A DNA stretch of 63,722 nucleotides, counting the filler, from Choristocarpus tenellus KU-1152 (taxonomy: Eukaryota > Protista > Phaeophyceae): the NCBI GenBank assembly GCA_964200185.2. It is 8 parts of 8 records of this genome, joined end to end, with 100 filler letters (N's around TTAATTAATTAA, not from the genome) between each part and the next. Parts side by side here need not be neighbours in the genome. Positions count along the whole stretch, not along the records: positions 45,520 to 59,243 come from CAXNAD020001393.1; positions 59,344 to 63,722 come from CAXNAD020014824.1; 6 more parts are not named here. One strand, given 5' to 3'. Position numbers and translations under genes: made by a program. Under the pieces are notes generated by a model. It was not told where the DNA came from and did not search any database. It was given only the letters and a program-made list of their open reading frames with translations. This document shows positions 52,701 through 63,722 of the stretch, piece by piece; the first letter of the stretch is position 1, and the number at the start of each line of letters is the position of its first letter.

Positions 52701-55700
52701 AATATAATAGTAGTGAAGTAAAATAAGCAGTCCATGCCATTCTTTGAGGGAACTTGAGGTAATGAAGAGTGATGTATGTATGTAATGTCCACAGTATTAA
52801 CTCTAATTGTTGATGGAAATGTACCTTTTCCTGAAACAAAATGTACCTCTTACAATGACACAATGTACCCTTTCTTGTCATGTACCATTGCTGCCAAACA
52901 CCGATGTTGATACTTCAAGTAAAAAGCACAAGCACAGTGTTACCCAAACAGTGTTACCCAAACAGTGTTACATAAACAGGGTTTAGATCCTTTCAATATG
53001 ACCGAGAAAAAGCTGTTAATGGCGTAGGTAAACCCAAATTGTACTGTTTAAGGGAAAAGTCATAGCATCATACCACTCTGCCGATGGTCACCTTCTGAGT
53101 TGACTCTAAATGTTAATACTAAACGTTAACACTAAAAGTTAACACTAAAAGTTAATACTAAAAGCTAACACGAAAAGTTGACACTAAAAGTTAATACTAA
53201 AAGTTGTTGATACTAAAAGTTAATACTAAAAGTTCACACTAAAAGGTAAATTTCAAGAATGGTCAGTGGCCCAATGGTCTACACTCTTCTATATAAAGCA
53301 CTGGTTCAAAATGTAACTGCTGCATACTAACTATCGCATGATTTCATCATTCAAAATAGTCAAAGAAGTAAATACATAATTGTTACAGTCAGGGGAATAG
53401 TGTGAGTAATAAATAACTTTATGGAGTGAAAGAAACTGATGACATTATGGAGTATTAAATCAATACAACTAGCAGTATGCAAGTATACTAGAGGTATACC
53501 TTACAACATCAAACTGATTTGCTGATCGCCTAATATCTGGTTGGCAGGCACCTCTGACATTTTGGTTATATACTTAGTTCCCTTCGGAGGCATGTGTGAT
53601 AGGGTTAGGGTTAGTACTGTGATAGTACTGTGATAGTACTGTGATAGTACTGTGATAGTACAATGATAGTACAGTGATAGTACTGTCATAGTACTGTCAT
53701 AGTACTGTCATAGTACAATGATAGTACAGTGATAGTACAGTGATAGTACTGTCATAGTACTGTGTCTTGGTGTGTTTAGTGTGTTTGGTGAGATATCAGT
53801 TTATAGTGCTGTAGCACCCTAACCCTAAAACCTCAAAAACTAAAAAAAAAACATTACATTTTTTTTATTGCAAAAGTAAACATATCCAAAACAAAACAGA
53901 GTTATGCTACCTGTAGTATGCTACCATTAGTATACTACCATTAGTATACTACCATTAGTATACTAATACTACCTTTAGTATGCTACCATTAGTATACTAC
54001 CATTAGTATGCTACCATTAGTATGCTACCATTAGTATGCTACCATTAGTATACTGCCATTAGTATACTACCATTAGTGGAACCAAAAAGCAGAACATTTT
54101 CAAGAGAGTCATACCACTAAAGTAAGAGAATAAAAAATCCAATAAATCCAGAGTAAGAAAACTTAGACTCTACTACCAATCAAAAACAATTGGTCTTCTG
54201 ACACACACGTTCCATTGCATCAAAGAAAGTATTTACGATCATTTAGCCCTAACCATTGAACAGCAAACATATACCATTGAATATCTAACCCTATCCCTAT
54301 ACAAGCAGATCCCATGTACACTGTACAGAATGCTCACACTTACAAGCAACGCAAGGCAAGGTGGGATTCCCTTCCCAAATTCTTATGACACTCATTCAGA
54401 TTCACTATTGAAGCAATTCAAGTGATTGGAGTAAGTAAACTAATTGAAGTAATTGAAGTAACTAAAGTAATAATTAATTGAAGTGATAGAAGTGATAGAG
54501 GTAATTGAATTGATAGAAGTGATAGAAGTAATTGAAGTGATAGAAGTGATAGAAGTAATTGAAGTGATAGAGGTAATTGAAGTGATAGAAGTGATAGAGG
54601 TAATTGAAGTGATAGAAGTGATAGAAGTAATTGAAGTGATAGAAGTGATAGAGGTAATTGAAGTGATAGAAGTGATAGAAGTGATAGAAGTGATAGAGGT
54701 AATTGAAGTATACTCACGTGCTGTGGTGGTTCCAGAATGGTGTATTACTCTTTACTGCCTTAGTTCGACTCTTCTCTCCACCAGCCTCTATCCAGCAGTA
54801 AGGCTGCAGTCGCCCAAGTTGACTCCTTTAGCCATTCAACATGTCACATAAGAGCGAAAAGGTTGTATTAAAAAAATAGTGAGACATCTGTATTATATAT
54901 AAATAAGTATATTGAAGAAATAAAAAATAATTAGAGACATAAATATATAAATATATAGAGAGATAAATAGAAGACAAGAGAGAAGGCAAGATAAAATTAT
55001 AGACAGAAAGACTAACAGGCAGGCAGGCAAGTAATCAGGCAACAAGACAGACAGCAAGACAGATACAGAGGTAAGGTGATGGGCAGGTAGGTAGGCAAGC
55101 AGTCAGGTAAACCATATCATTGCAGGTAAATTATACCCCCCAAAATAAGAGAAAAAATCAACACAGAATACGATTCTTATTTCTTACAAACACTAACCTC
55201 CCTCAACTAACTTCAGAATCTCATATAAAAATTAAAAAAAGCACTGGCGAAATAGTAGTCTGTTCTCCCTAATAACCATAAAAATAAAAATAAAACATCA
55301 GAGGTCAATAAATCTGGAGTACCAACATGAACTAGTCAAACACAGCACCAGAACCAACATGCACAAGCATCATAGTAGTACCGAAGTGAGTACAAGAAGT
55401 GTTGAAGTAAAGTACGCCAAGTACAAGGTTCAACAACCAGGACCAAGCACTTCTATTATCAAGTATTACATACTCCATACATCAAACTTGTGCCACAATA
55501 CCATCATCCCTATTCCCCCCCTTCCTACAAAACAAAGACCTCCAATGTTGTCACCTTGTCACGGAGGCATCAATCCCCTGCATGTCCCCACTGACCACAG
55601 TTATTGTGAACAGGTAAGTACGGGCCTCTGGCAGAGAGTGGGTCATAGCAATTCCTCGAATGTTGGACAGGAGGATACTACTGGCGGATGAATCTCTTGG

Positions 55701-56990
55701 TCCCTTTGCCCACAGGAACTTACAACATAGGACGGGAACATTACAGGATCATGAAAGATGTCAACATTACAGAAGAGGATTATTATTTCTTGAAGTTGAT
55801 GCTTAACTCAACCAAAAGCAGTTACATGTTCATGGTCACCCACTCAATAAATACTAGATGCAACCAATAATAATAAAATGATAATAATAATAATGGTAAT
55901 AATAATAATAATTATTATTATTATTATTAATATTAATATTATTATTATAACCTTAGCTAAGCAGGGAGGGCAGGGGTGCATAATACCAAGATAGAGGAAT
56001 AGAGCTCAAGGGGACCATGTAGCACAAAAATCAAGACTAAAAAGATCATCGCTTCTTTTCAACAACAGGATAGCCAAAGTCTCATTGTTAACCAAGAGAA
56101 TACATAAACATACATACATACATACAAATACAATCCACGCATAGATTACCTTTGTCAACCCTCATCAATCTTGAGAATCTCTCTTACTATTGTAGTTACC
56201 CACTGTCCCACAATGCTTTTGGACAAATCATGTCACAAGAGAGCATAGCACTTATCGCTCTAATTGAACAATCTCAGAAAGGGGGGGGACTACAACTGTC
56301 ACCAATCACATACCTAATGCAAGCTTCCCACTATCACCCCACAACAATGTGTAATATCAATGTACAATATCAATGTATAATATCAATGTATATTACTAAT
56401 GTATAACATCAATGTATAAAATCAATGTACAAAATCAATGTACAATATCAATGTAGAATATCAATGTACAATATCAGCACACTGCATACCAACTCCAAGT
56501 GCTTGCTTTATCTCCATCAGAGGTATTTCAAAAGTCTTTCTACACCTACGATACTGAACTTCAAGTTTCCGTACACTTCAATACTTTCAACCAATACCAA
56601 TACAACAAGACAGAAAACAACCAAAAGACCCAACTTGAATCTAGTCTATTCTCCTCAGCTAACACTCACCAGCAACCACTTCCAAACCGAAATTAGTCAA
56701 AATACCTTCCTCCAATACACCTACCCCCCCCCTTCCCCACTCATCCAATCACAAGAACAATATTCCTCACCTTGCCAGTCCTAGGCACAAGCGAACAGAA
56801 CATCTCCTTAACCTTTTCAGGCGTTGCGCTGCTTGTACCACCACCACCTCCCCCGCCTGTTCTGGTCTTGAACTCCTTCACCCACCCGCCCAAAGCAACT
56901 GGAGGTGAAGGTAAGGAGTAAGGGTCCACAACTGCAAAGGCCAAGGAAGAGACCCACCTCCAGTAGAGGTATTCATCTCCAGGAGTAAGC
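46511..56990 (-). CDS. Multi-C2-domain protein (at least two C2 domains, possibly preceded by PH-like segments), partial
   Basis: Exons 56771-56990 (EYLYWRWVSSL..GGWVKEF..KEMFCSL), ~55555-55627 (YLFTITVVSGDM), 54718-~54803 (PYCWIEAGGEKSRTKAVKSNTPFWN), 51901-51972 (DSHLGEAFIPFSAL), ~50287-50427 (MVLHRASALK..EPYCVMV), 48912-49025 (KKSTLSPSWEESFDF), 46511-46600 (VMVMD..DHPIGEAFVPV). Classic C2 strand order appears twice; some exons are probably missed. Confidence 0.78.
47581..47858. repeat. AAT-rich minisatellite, about 87-bp unit x3
   Basis: AATAGTAACAATACTATCAATAATAGCAATAAGAAGAGGAATAGAAAGAACAAC recurs three times. Confidence 0.9.
48187..48268. repeat. 22-bp minisatellite, about 4 copies
   Basis: GGATACATTATCAATGATATAT. 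Confidence 0.85.
49657..49889. repeat. 21-bp minisatellite x11
   Basis: CAACAG(T/C)CATACTGTA(T/C)ATCT. Confidence 0.95.
50040..50270. repeat. 33-bp AT-rich minisatellite
   Basis: AACAGCAATTGTAGTAATAACAATAATAATATT, about 6 copies. Confidence 0.9.
52151..52312. repeat. Tandem duplication, about 73 bp x2
   Basis: GTGTTTGAATGACTCATTTCACAT..AAAAGATGGAGACAATTTC is repeated. Confidence 0.85.
53110..54076. repeat. Three distinct minisatellites (14-bp ACTAAAAGTTAA(C/T), 11-bp GATAGTACTGT, 14-bp TAGTATGCTACCAT)
   Basis: Arrays at about 53110-53245, 53612-53762 and 53915-54076. Confidence 0.85.
54420..54710. repeat. 9-bp minisatellite (GAAGTGATA/GAAGTAATT)
   Basis: Produces a spurious (VIE)n ORF; starts a few bases past the exon donor at 54717. 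Confidence 0.92.
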
Positions 56991-57631
56991 CTTTGGAGCA
57001 GGAATGGAATGGAAGGGGGATCCAGTTCGTTCCTGAGTTAGTTCAAAGGCTATTTAACAATTTCACAGATAGTAATTGGTCAGTAGTAGAGTGACCCCCC
57101 TTCCTTGACTTATTGTGATTGGTCGAAGTTGTTTTGGTTCCTGCCAACAAGAGAGAAAAAAAAAATCACCACACACTTTTCTCTATCTTGGTTTTAACAT
57201 GCAAAAATAAAAAACATTGCAGTAAAAAACATTGTAAGGTTGTTTTCTGACTTGGGCGTATCTTGGATCCACAACACAACAGAACAACCTACACCATCTC
57301 ACCAACCAATACCACTGAGGCACACACACACACACACACAGCGAGAGAGAGAGAGAGAGAAAGGGTTTCATCAAAACGTGTCATGAAATAGTGTCATGAA
57401 ATAGTGTCATGAAATAGACTCCCTCCCTCTGGACTGCTTCAAAAGTACTAGTTATGGTACTAGTTATGCAGAGTTTCACCATTGTGGGGCATGCTATATG
57501 CTGATGATGCGGGTATTATCTCCAAACCAAAGGAGGTTGACCGGGATGATGAGAGTGCTTATGATGGTGGTCACATCATTCGGGTCTAACTCTATCAAAA
57601 ATTAAGATGGAGACTATGCGCCTTTACCCTC

Positions 57632-57860
57632 ATACTAATACTATTACTAATACTAATACTAATACTAATATTAATACCAATACTAATACTAATATTAATA
57701 CTAATATTAATACTAATACTAATACTAATACTAATACTAATACCAATACTAATACCAATACTAATATTAATACTAATACTAATACTAATACCAATACTAA
57801 TACTAATACTACCAATACTAATATTAATACTAATATTAATATTAATACTAATACTAATAC
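57632..57860. repeat. (ACTAAT)n microsatellite
   Basis: Direct observation. Confidence 0.92.
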
Positions 57861-57914
57861 TGTGCAATATAGACTATTAGTCTATATTGCACACTCCCCC
57901 ATGANNNNNNNNNN

Positions 57915-59243
57915 GACTTAGTCAAAATGTCAGCTAATTGTCTTGACGTTGGAACATATTCTACATGAAATATTCCTTGACCTACATACTCTCTTGTACA
58001 TTTTAATTTCATGTCCACATGCTTGGTCCTTCCATTCAATCCTGTGATGCTGCTCGTTTGAATACCACAAACACCACGATTATCACAGAACCAGGGAATC
58101 TGTTTCTGTAATATGCCAATCTCCCCCAGAATGCCTTGAAGGAAAATGCAGCGACGCATGCCGTATGCCATTGCCGTCCATTCTGCCTCCGAGCTGGAGA
58201 GTGTGACAGCACCTTGAAGCTTAAAGCGCCAGGCAATCGGTGATCCGTTGAGCAGGATTATGAACCCTGTAACACTCCGGCGTGTTTGTTGGTCTGTGCC
58301 CCAGTCGGAATCTCCATACCCAACCAGGAGTTCTTCTTCTCTCTCGTTCATATCTTTGTTCCCTCGATCATAGTGAATGCAGATATACAATGTCCCTGCT
58401 ACGTTAGCGCAGAAAGTGCTGTAATCCGCGCCAGTGTCACGTGCATGGAGATGCTGCTCTACGCCCCAGTTCACGAACACTATTAGCCAGGTCTGGTCGA
58501 GTCATGCCTTATATCGTTCTACTGTCCCATCTGCAGAGTAATTGATTTTGAAAACAAATCGTGTCTTGATCGCCTTCCTTCCTTGGGGTAGGGCTTTGTC
58601 ACTAAATGTCCCCTTCTGCCAAAGTCCTGCCATTCCTTTTCCATGACTTCCAGCCATTGATCTGCATCTGGCCCATTCAAGGCCTCCTTGGTTGTAGATG
58701 GTTCTTCTGGAACTGCTGTTACTTCCCCCATGAGACCCATAAGGTAGTACACTTCTTTGTTGTTCTGCTGCATAAGGGTTGATACGAAGTGGTTCATTTC
58801 CATTTCCTCATCCTCTTCCTGGGCACACATTTGGCATGTGTGGGCCATCCGCCGGCGCTGCTCCAGTCTGGCAGATTTCCGCCTCTCAGAGTGTGGGGTC
58901 AGGCATTTGGTTGCCATTTGTGCAGCCCTATCCATGCGTTGGCGTTGTCCCATCCTGGGAATTTCTTGACTGTGGGGGGAAGCTGGGTGCTTGGCATTTT
59001 GTCTTCCTGTGGGATCCACACGTTCCAGCATAATGATGCCCTATCGTGCCCCGCCTTGATGTAGTGTCATTGCCCCCAGTCTGAGTCTCCATACCTGATC
59101 AGGCCTCAATTGTCCATTGTTTCTTTTGTTGAAGTAACGCTCACTACCCCAGGCTTGAAGCCTGTCATAATTGAATGTCTTGTACATCCTCTTGTTGAGT
59201 GAAGTCCTGTGCCACCAACCTGGCCTTGAACTGTTCAGTGGTC
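57915..59243 (-). mobile_element. Degenerate Ty1/copia pol fragment (RT start, internally deleted RT, RNase H)
   Basis: EEPSTTKEALNGPDADQWLEVMEKEW, then GYGDSDWG..RRSVTG..SSSEAEW..CDN..RTKHVD..QLADILTK. Confidence 0.9.
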
Positions 59244-59343
59244 NNNNNNNNNNNNNNNNNNNNNNNNNNNNNNNNNNNNNNNNNNNNTTAATTAATTAAN
59301 NNNNNNNNNNNNNNNNNNNNNNNNNNNNNNNNNNNNNNNNNNN
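59244..59343. other. Artificial contig spacer
   Basis: N44-TTAATTAATTAA-N44. Confidence 0.97.
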
Positions 59344-59554
59344 GGGGTGAGAAACTGCTGGTTGTTCCGAACGCATCTGGAAGCCGAGTACAGTGGCAGT
59401 TCCTCCACAGTTGGGCAACAGCGTGATGCTCCACTCCAAGATGACGTTTGAAGGTTTCCTCCTGTGTTCTACCTTCCTTTGTCTTCCCCTACTAATATAT
59501 TTTGTAAATATCAGTAGCAAAATAGGGTATGTACTCCAGCAGTATGCATGCATT

Positions 59555-59608
59555 TATGTATGTATGTATGTATGTATGTATGTATGTATGTATGTATGTA
59601 TGTATGTA
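59555..59608. repeat. (TATG)n microsatellite
   Basis: Direct observation. Confidence 0.92.
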
Positions 59609-61168
59609 TAACTCTAATAATAGAGGAGTTCAATAGTTTGTTGTTGTCCCATTTGCAAATTGCGTGCAAACGCATATACACAGACAGACACACGTTTTTT
59701 ATTGAAGATGGGGCACCCTTCATTATTCGTGGACAACACCTTGACATGTTGATGCATTTGTTTTTTCAAGTTTTACCTCTTTGAATCATGTATTATGTAT
59801 CAGTTTTTTTAATATCATTGCAAACAATATTTGTCATTTTTGTTGAAAATGCTAGGAATACAACCCAGGCTGGAATGTTAACCACATTATCACTACCAGC
59901 GCACAACCTCTCTTTTTAGCCTAACTCGCCCAAAAATAAATGGTGCTTTGCCTGCTATTTTTTTTCTGACATCATACGCTCCGCCATACTCCTTTCAACA
60001 CTCATGCACCACTTTAGGGGCATGTGCCACTGTGATTCATGACCATCCCCAAGCAACAACTTCAACATGACAAAAGTCTGCTTTGAATGCCACACTGCTG
60101 TATCACGAAACAACAATAGTGAAAGTCATCCTCTCTACCCCATTACCCCTTACAACCCCCCCACAACAAGCCTTCACCTACTAAACTCTGCTGTAATCCG
60201 CATGTGATATCCTGTGCCTTGCCCTTCTTGCAGCTATCTCTTCTAATTGACTGTCTCTATTCGAAATATCATTTTTTTCTTTCTCCTCTCCTCTCGTTTC
60301 GTTATCACCCCTCACCCCTCACCCCTCACCCTACGCCTAACTCTGAAAGTCTTCATCATTTTCATGCTGTACAAACATAACTGCTGGACAATTAATGGAT
60401 GGGTACCGCCATCAAGCGACCATTGTAAGAGAAACAAGCCAGCATTGGCCACAGAGTCATCTGTCCTCCGTCTGCCGCTACCTCTAGCGCCATCTCTCTA
60501 AGAATTATTCTGTCCTAGAACAGCTATATTCCGAGTGTCGCAATGATGGTGAGGGGAGAATAGATCATCCTCGAAGAGCAGTGTGTATGTGAAATTGCAT
60601 TTTATTTCCTTCCCGGCCATTTTGGCTCGAGTGTTCTGACAGTCAATGCACTATACTCTCCCATTTAGAGGCTGGTGTGTAACAAATCTACTTCTGTTAT
60701 TGGGAGTTGAAGGAAAAGGTTTAGCTCACAACACTTACAACACTCACAACGCACTCTAGAATGCTGATGTGGAGATAGTCTACTGAAGAAACATAGAATA
60801 TAGTGAATCATATACTGAGAGCTAGCACACCACAAAAAAGACATACAGCCCAGATCCAGTCATCAAGTTCAAGTGTAGGTTCAAGCAATGTATACTACTC
60901 TGGATTATTTTGAGGTAGAACAAAAGAACTACTCCAAGAGAAGTATAATAGTAATGCCACACCTCAGCTGATATATACTTCACGGTGCTTATTAAGAAAG
61001 TATGATCCGTGAAGAGACTTCTCGCATGACCCAGTAAGGAGTATACACCCACAACGTTGTACCACTTCTATACTACAGAGTCACCACACAATCACCAACC
61101 CTAGCCTTCTTAGCTCATTCCTCGCACACTGGTTCTCTTTCCCCCAACACAACTCAGAAGACCATGGT

Positions 61169-61427
61169 GAGTGAAAGCATCTTAGAGGGTAGGAGTTTTG
61201 CCCTGTTCGTCGATTTGGGGCTTGGACTCTCACGGGTTTTTTATGACATTTTACCTACTCCGAAATGTTTTGGAGTAGGTAAAATGCATATGTTATGGAA
61301 AGGTATGTCTGGAACAAGGATATTGACACTTCCTAACAAACATGATAGCCAAAATTACATCCAAATTTCAACATTGGATTTTGGCCGCCAAACGGACACA
61401 GCTCTACCCTCTGAGAGACTTTGACTC
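61169..61427 (+). mobile_element. MITE family A, copy 7
   Basis: GAGTGAAAGCATCTTAGAGGGTA..TACCCTCTGAGAGACTTTGACTC; TSD TGGT. Confidence 0.9.
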
Positions 61428-62555
61428 TGGTAATGTGGGCCATCCAGTCCCAAGGTCAGGCACACCACCGAGCTATTCTTTCTTTGACTGATTCACATAG
61501 TGGAATGATGTCTCCAGGATTAACTGGTGGTTCCCAACCACATCCCCATCCCTTTTCCCCAATTTCAGGTTGGTCAGGTCATCTGTGTGTCAGAGTCTAT
61601 CTTGTGCTCCTGCAAGTTTCACTGCAACTGCCACTGATTTAGCTATGGCAGCAAGTACGGCTTGTACCTGAGTGATGCAGAGACCAAGAAATTTAAGGGT
61701 GTTGTGGAATCAATGTGTCATGTTGTCTCCGTGTGATATACAGACCCAACCTATTAACATAGACATTGCTTTTCAATCGTCCCTGAATATCGGTAGATAT
61801 TTGGAGAGTTCTTAAACACTATGGTTGGGCTTAAAAGCTTCCATTCTTAACCAACGGTAGTGAAGTCAATAAGATCAAGACACTCACAAGTTGGGGCTGT
61901 GAAAATGTAATGGTATAAAATGTAACGGTATTCTTGGCTAAGACTCAGTGAGGGGGGTTGTACATTGATATGCAAACATACAAATCAGTACTGCCGCAAC
62001 TCAATTAACATAATACAGGACGTCAAACATACGTTGAGCAGTGTTCACAAGCAAACGGTTGACTATTTCTAATCTCTTGATGCATACTATGGAGGAATAC
62101 ACACATAAACGTGGTTGGAACACATGAGGAAAATCACACTCATGTAGTAAACAGTTGGATGGATCGAATAGGAGGAGCACCCCTTGACCTCACAGGAGCA
62201 GGAGTCCCTTGGGTGTGTGTGATGAAACTGTATGGACTGAAGCCCCACCTTGGTTCCAATATCAGGGATCTGCCCATACCCCCACCTCCTCCACTTCTGG
62301 TTTTATTGCTGGCAGCTTGGGAAGTGCCTTGCAAATTGGCTCTATTCCTCAATAAATGGGGCTTTGCAGTGTCTTTCACCACCTTCCCTGTGTTCTGTTG
62401 TACGGTTATCAAGGGATTTTATGCAGAGTGGAATATGGGCAGGGAAGAGAGGTGGGTAGGGGCAAGATTGATAGAAACAAAACATTGCCAAAATCCAAAT
62501 GTGTGACCAGATAGCACGGTCTGTGGAGTGTTGCAGATCATTTGGACCCAGAGAG

Positions 62556-62814
62556 GAGTGAAAGTATCTTAGAGGGTATGAGTTTTGCCCCGTTTGTCCA
62601 TTTGGGGCTTGGCTTCTCATGAGTTCTTTAGTGACATTTTGCTACTCCAAAATGTTTAGGAGCAGGTAAAGTGTTTGTGTTAGGAAAAAGTGTGTCAGGA
62701 ACATGGATATTGACACTTCCTAACAAAAGCAATAGCCAAAATTATATCATAATCGCAACATCCGACTTTGGTCCCCAAATGGACGTGACTCTACCCTCTA
62801 AGATACTTTGGCTC
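62556..62814 (+). mobile_element. MITE family A, copy 8
   Basis: GAGTGAAAGTATCTTAGAGGGTA..TACCCTCTAAGATACTTTGGCTC; TSD AGAG. Confidence 0.92.
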
Positions 62815-63339
62815 AGAGTCCACACCAACTATTGCTATTTGATAATAGTTCTATTCTTAAAGTCAACGTCAAGACTGCCGTATTGTGTAACGGTTATCCC
62901 ACCAAACTGGTCCCATGATCCTACAACCTGTTCCTTAACTGGTTTATCACATAGGCACGGAGAATCAGCCAGGAATCCGTACCGCTATGGATGCCTCCAC
63001 CTCCCGTGGTACAAGTGGTCTGTTTCCCCTCAGGAATGATGTATGAGCGTCTAACCTGACCTCCAAAACCACTTACACCAAACCACCGATGTCAGTCCGA
63101 CTTTGCTTTGATTTTGAAATTTACTCAACATTTTCTTCCAAGAGTTTTGAATAGCTTTGCACAGGAAAGGCTCGTCGCAAGAAGCTGCTGGTGGGTTACA
63201 TGGTAAACATACACTGTTTAGTAATTATCCAGTAAACTTTTGTCTTAGCCATCCATTCTCTGACGTATCAGCAAAGACTGACTCATCATACTGCTATGGA
63301 CGTTTCTACTCTGTATTGTACCAAACTAAACATAAACGT

Positions 63340-63700
63340 ACATGACACTGTCATACTGTGCTATATGCTCGTATCAACACACACAACTTAAGCATAACGC
63401 TAGATACTGCGACATCCTCCCCTTGCTGAAAACAAGCAGCATTAACTCACCACCAAAAAAATAATACACACATGTTATCCCCCTACATGTTCACCAAAAA
63501 CTTCACATGTTGTCTAAAAATTCTTACTGGCAAATTCTTGGTCAACATATCTGCCCTCTGATTTCCAGTACCAACAAAAACAACACTAATCTTTTTCTAG
63601 CCCTCAGAAAATGGTGACAGACATAAATGTGTTATGATTTAGTAGAGCTAGTGACATTTGGTACTAGTTTGCATGCAACATAGTCGTCCTCAAACATGCC
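63340..63700 (-). mobile_element. Ty1/copia 3' end: degenerate RNase H C-terminus, PPT and start of 3' LTR
   Basis: Minus strand reads HIYVCHHFLR..VVFVGTGNQRADMLTKNLP..FRQHVKFL*, then PPT AAGGGGAGGA (63415-63424) directly followed by TG at 63414. The LTR's far end was not determined. Confidence 0.7.
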
Positions 63701-63703
63701 AAT

Positions 63704-63722
63704 GAGAAGTATCTGGGGGGGG
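63704..63722 (+). mobile_element. Probable MITE family B terminus at window end
   Basis: AAGTATCT-poly(G). Confidence 0.45.

Noticed and set aside
54418-54851. (VIE)n and poly-Leu/Ser ORFs, likewise poly-I/L ORFs at 47494-47886, 50010-50300 and 57595-57921
   Set aside because: Translations of simple repeats.
61640-62506. Possible copia RT traces (KLYGLK, FLNKWGF)
   Set aside because: Too degenerate and out of order to call without a search.

Overview
Eukaryotic nuclear DNA, most likely from a photosynthetic ochrophyte and probably a brown alga or relative. This is inferred from intron-rich genes, a signal-peptide+'G|F' plastid-targeting presequence, interstitial TTAGGG runs and the transposon content. 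The window is not one locus: it is 8 contigs joined by artificial 100-bp spacers (N44-TTAATTAATTAA-N44) at 11829, 21943, 25626, 34761, 41990, 45420 and 59244, so adjacency across spacers means nothing. Genes reconstructed by hand from splice sites: the 3' part of TRAPPC12 (+); a complete plastid-targeted SEC-C/YchJ protein (-); tRNA-His(GTG); a low-complexity multi-exon gene of unknown function (-); a class 3 lipase (+); a head-to-head pair of class I SAM methyltransferases; and a multi-C2-domain gene (-) with minisatellite-filled introns. Mobile DNA: a full-length decayed plant-type mariner (TA TSD, DD40D spacing), CRE-like RLE retroelement 3' ends, and Ty1/copia remnants. The most coherent system I found is a Sola2-like transposon set: eight ~258-bp MITEs with GAG..CTC ends and variable 4-bp TSDs, a second MITE family sharing the TIR core, and a decayed spliced putative transposase. 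I see no CRISPR, defence or other prokaryote-type system. All family assignments come from motif recognition, not database searches.
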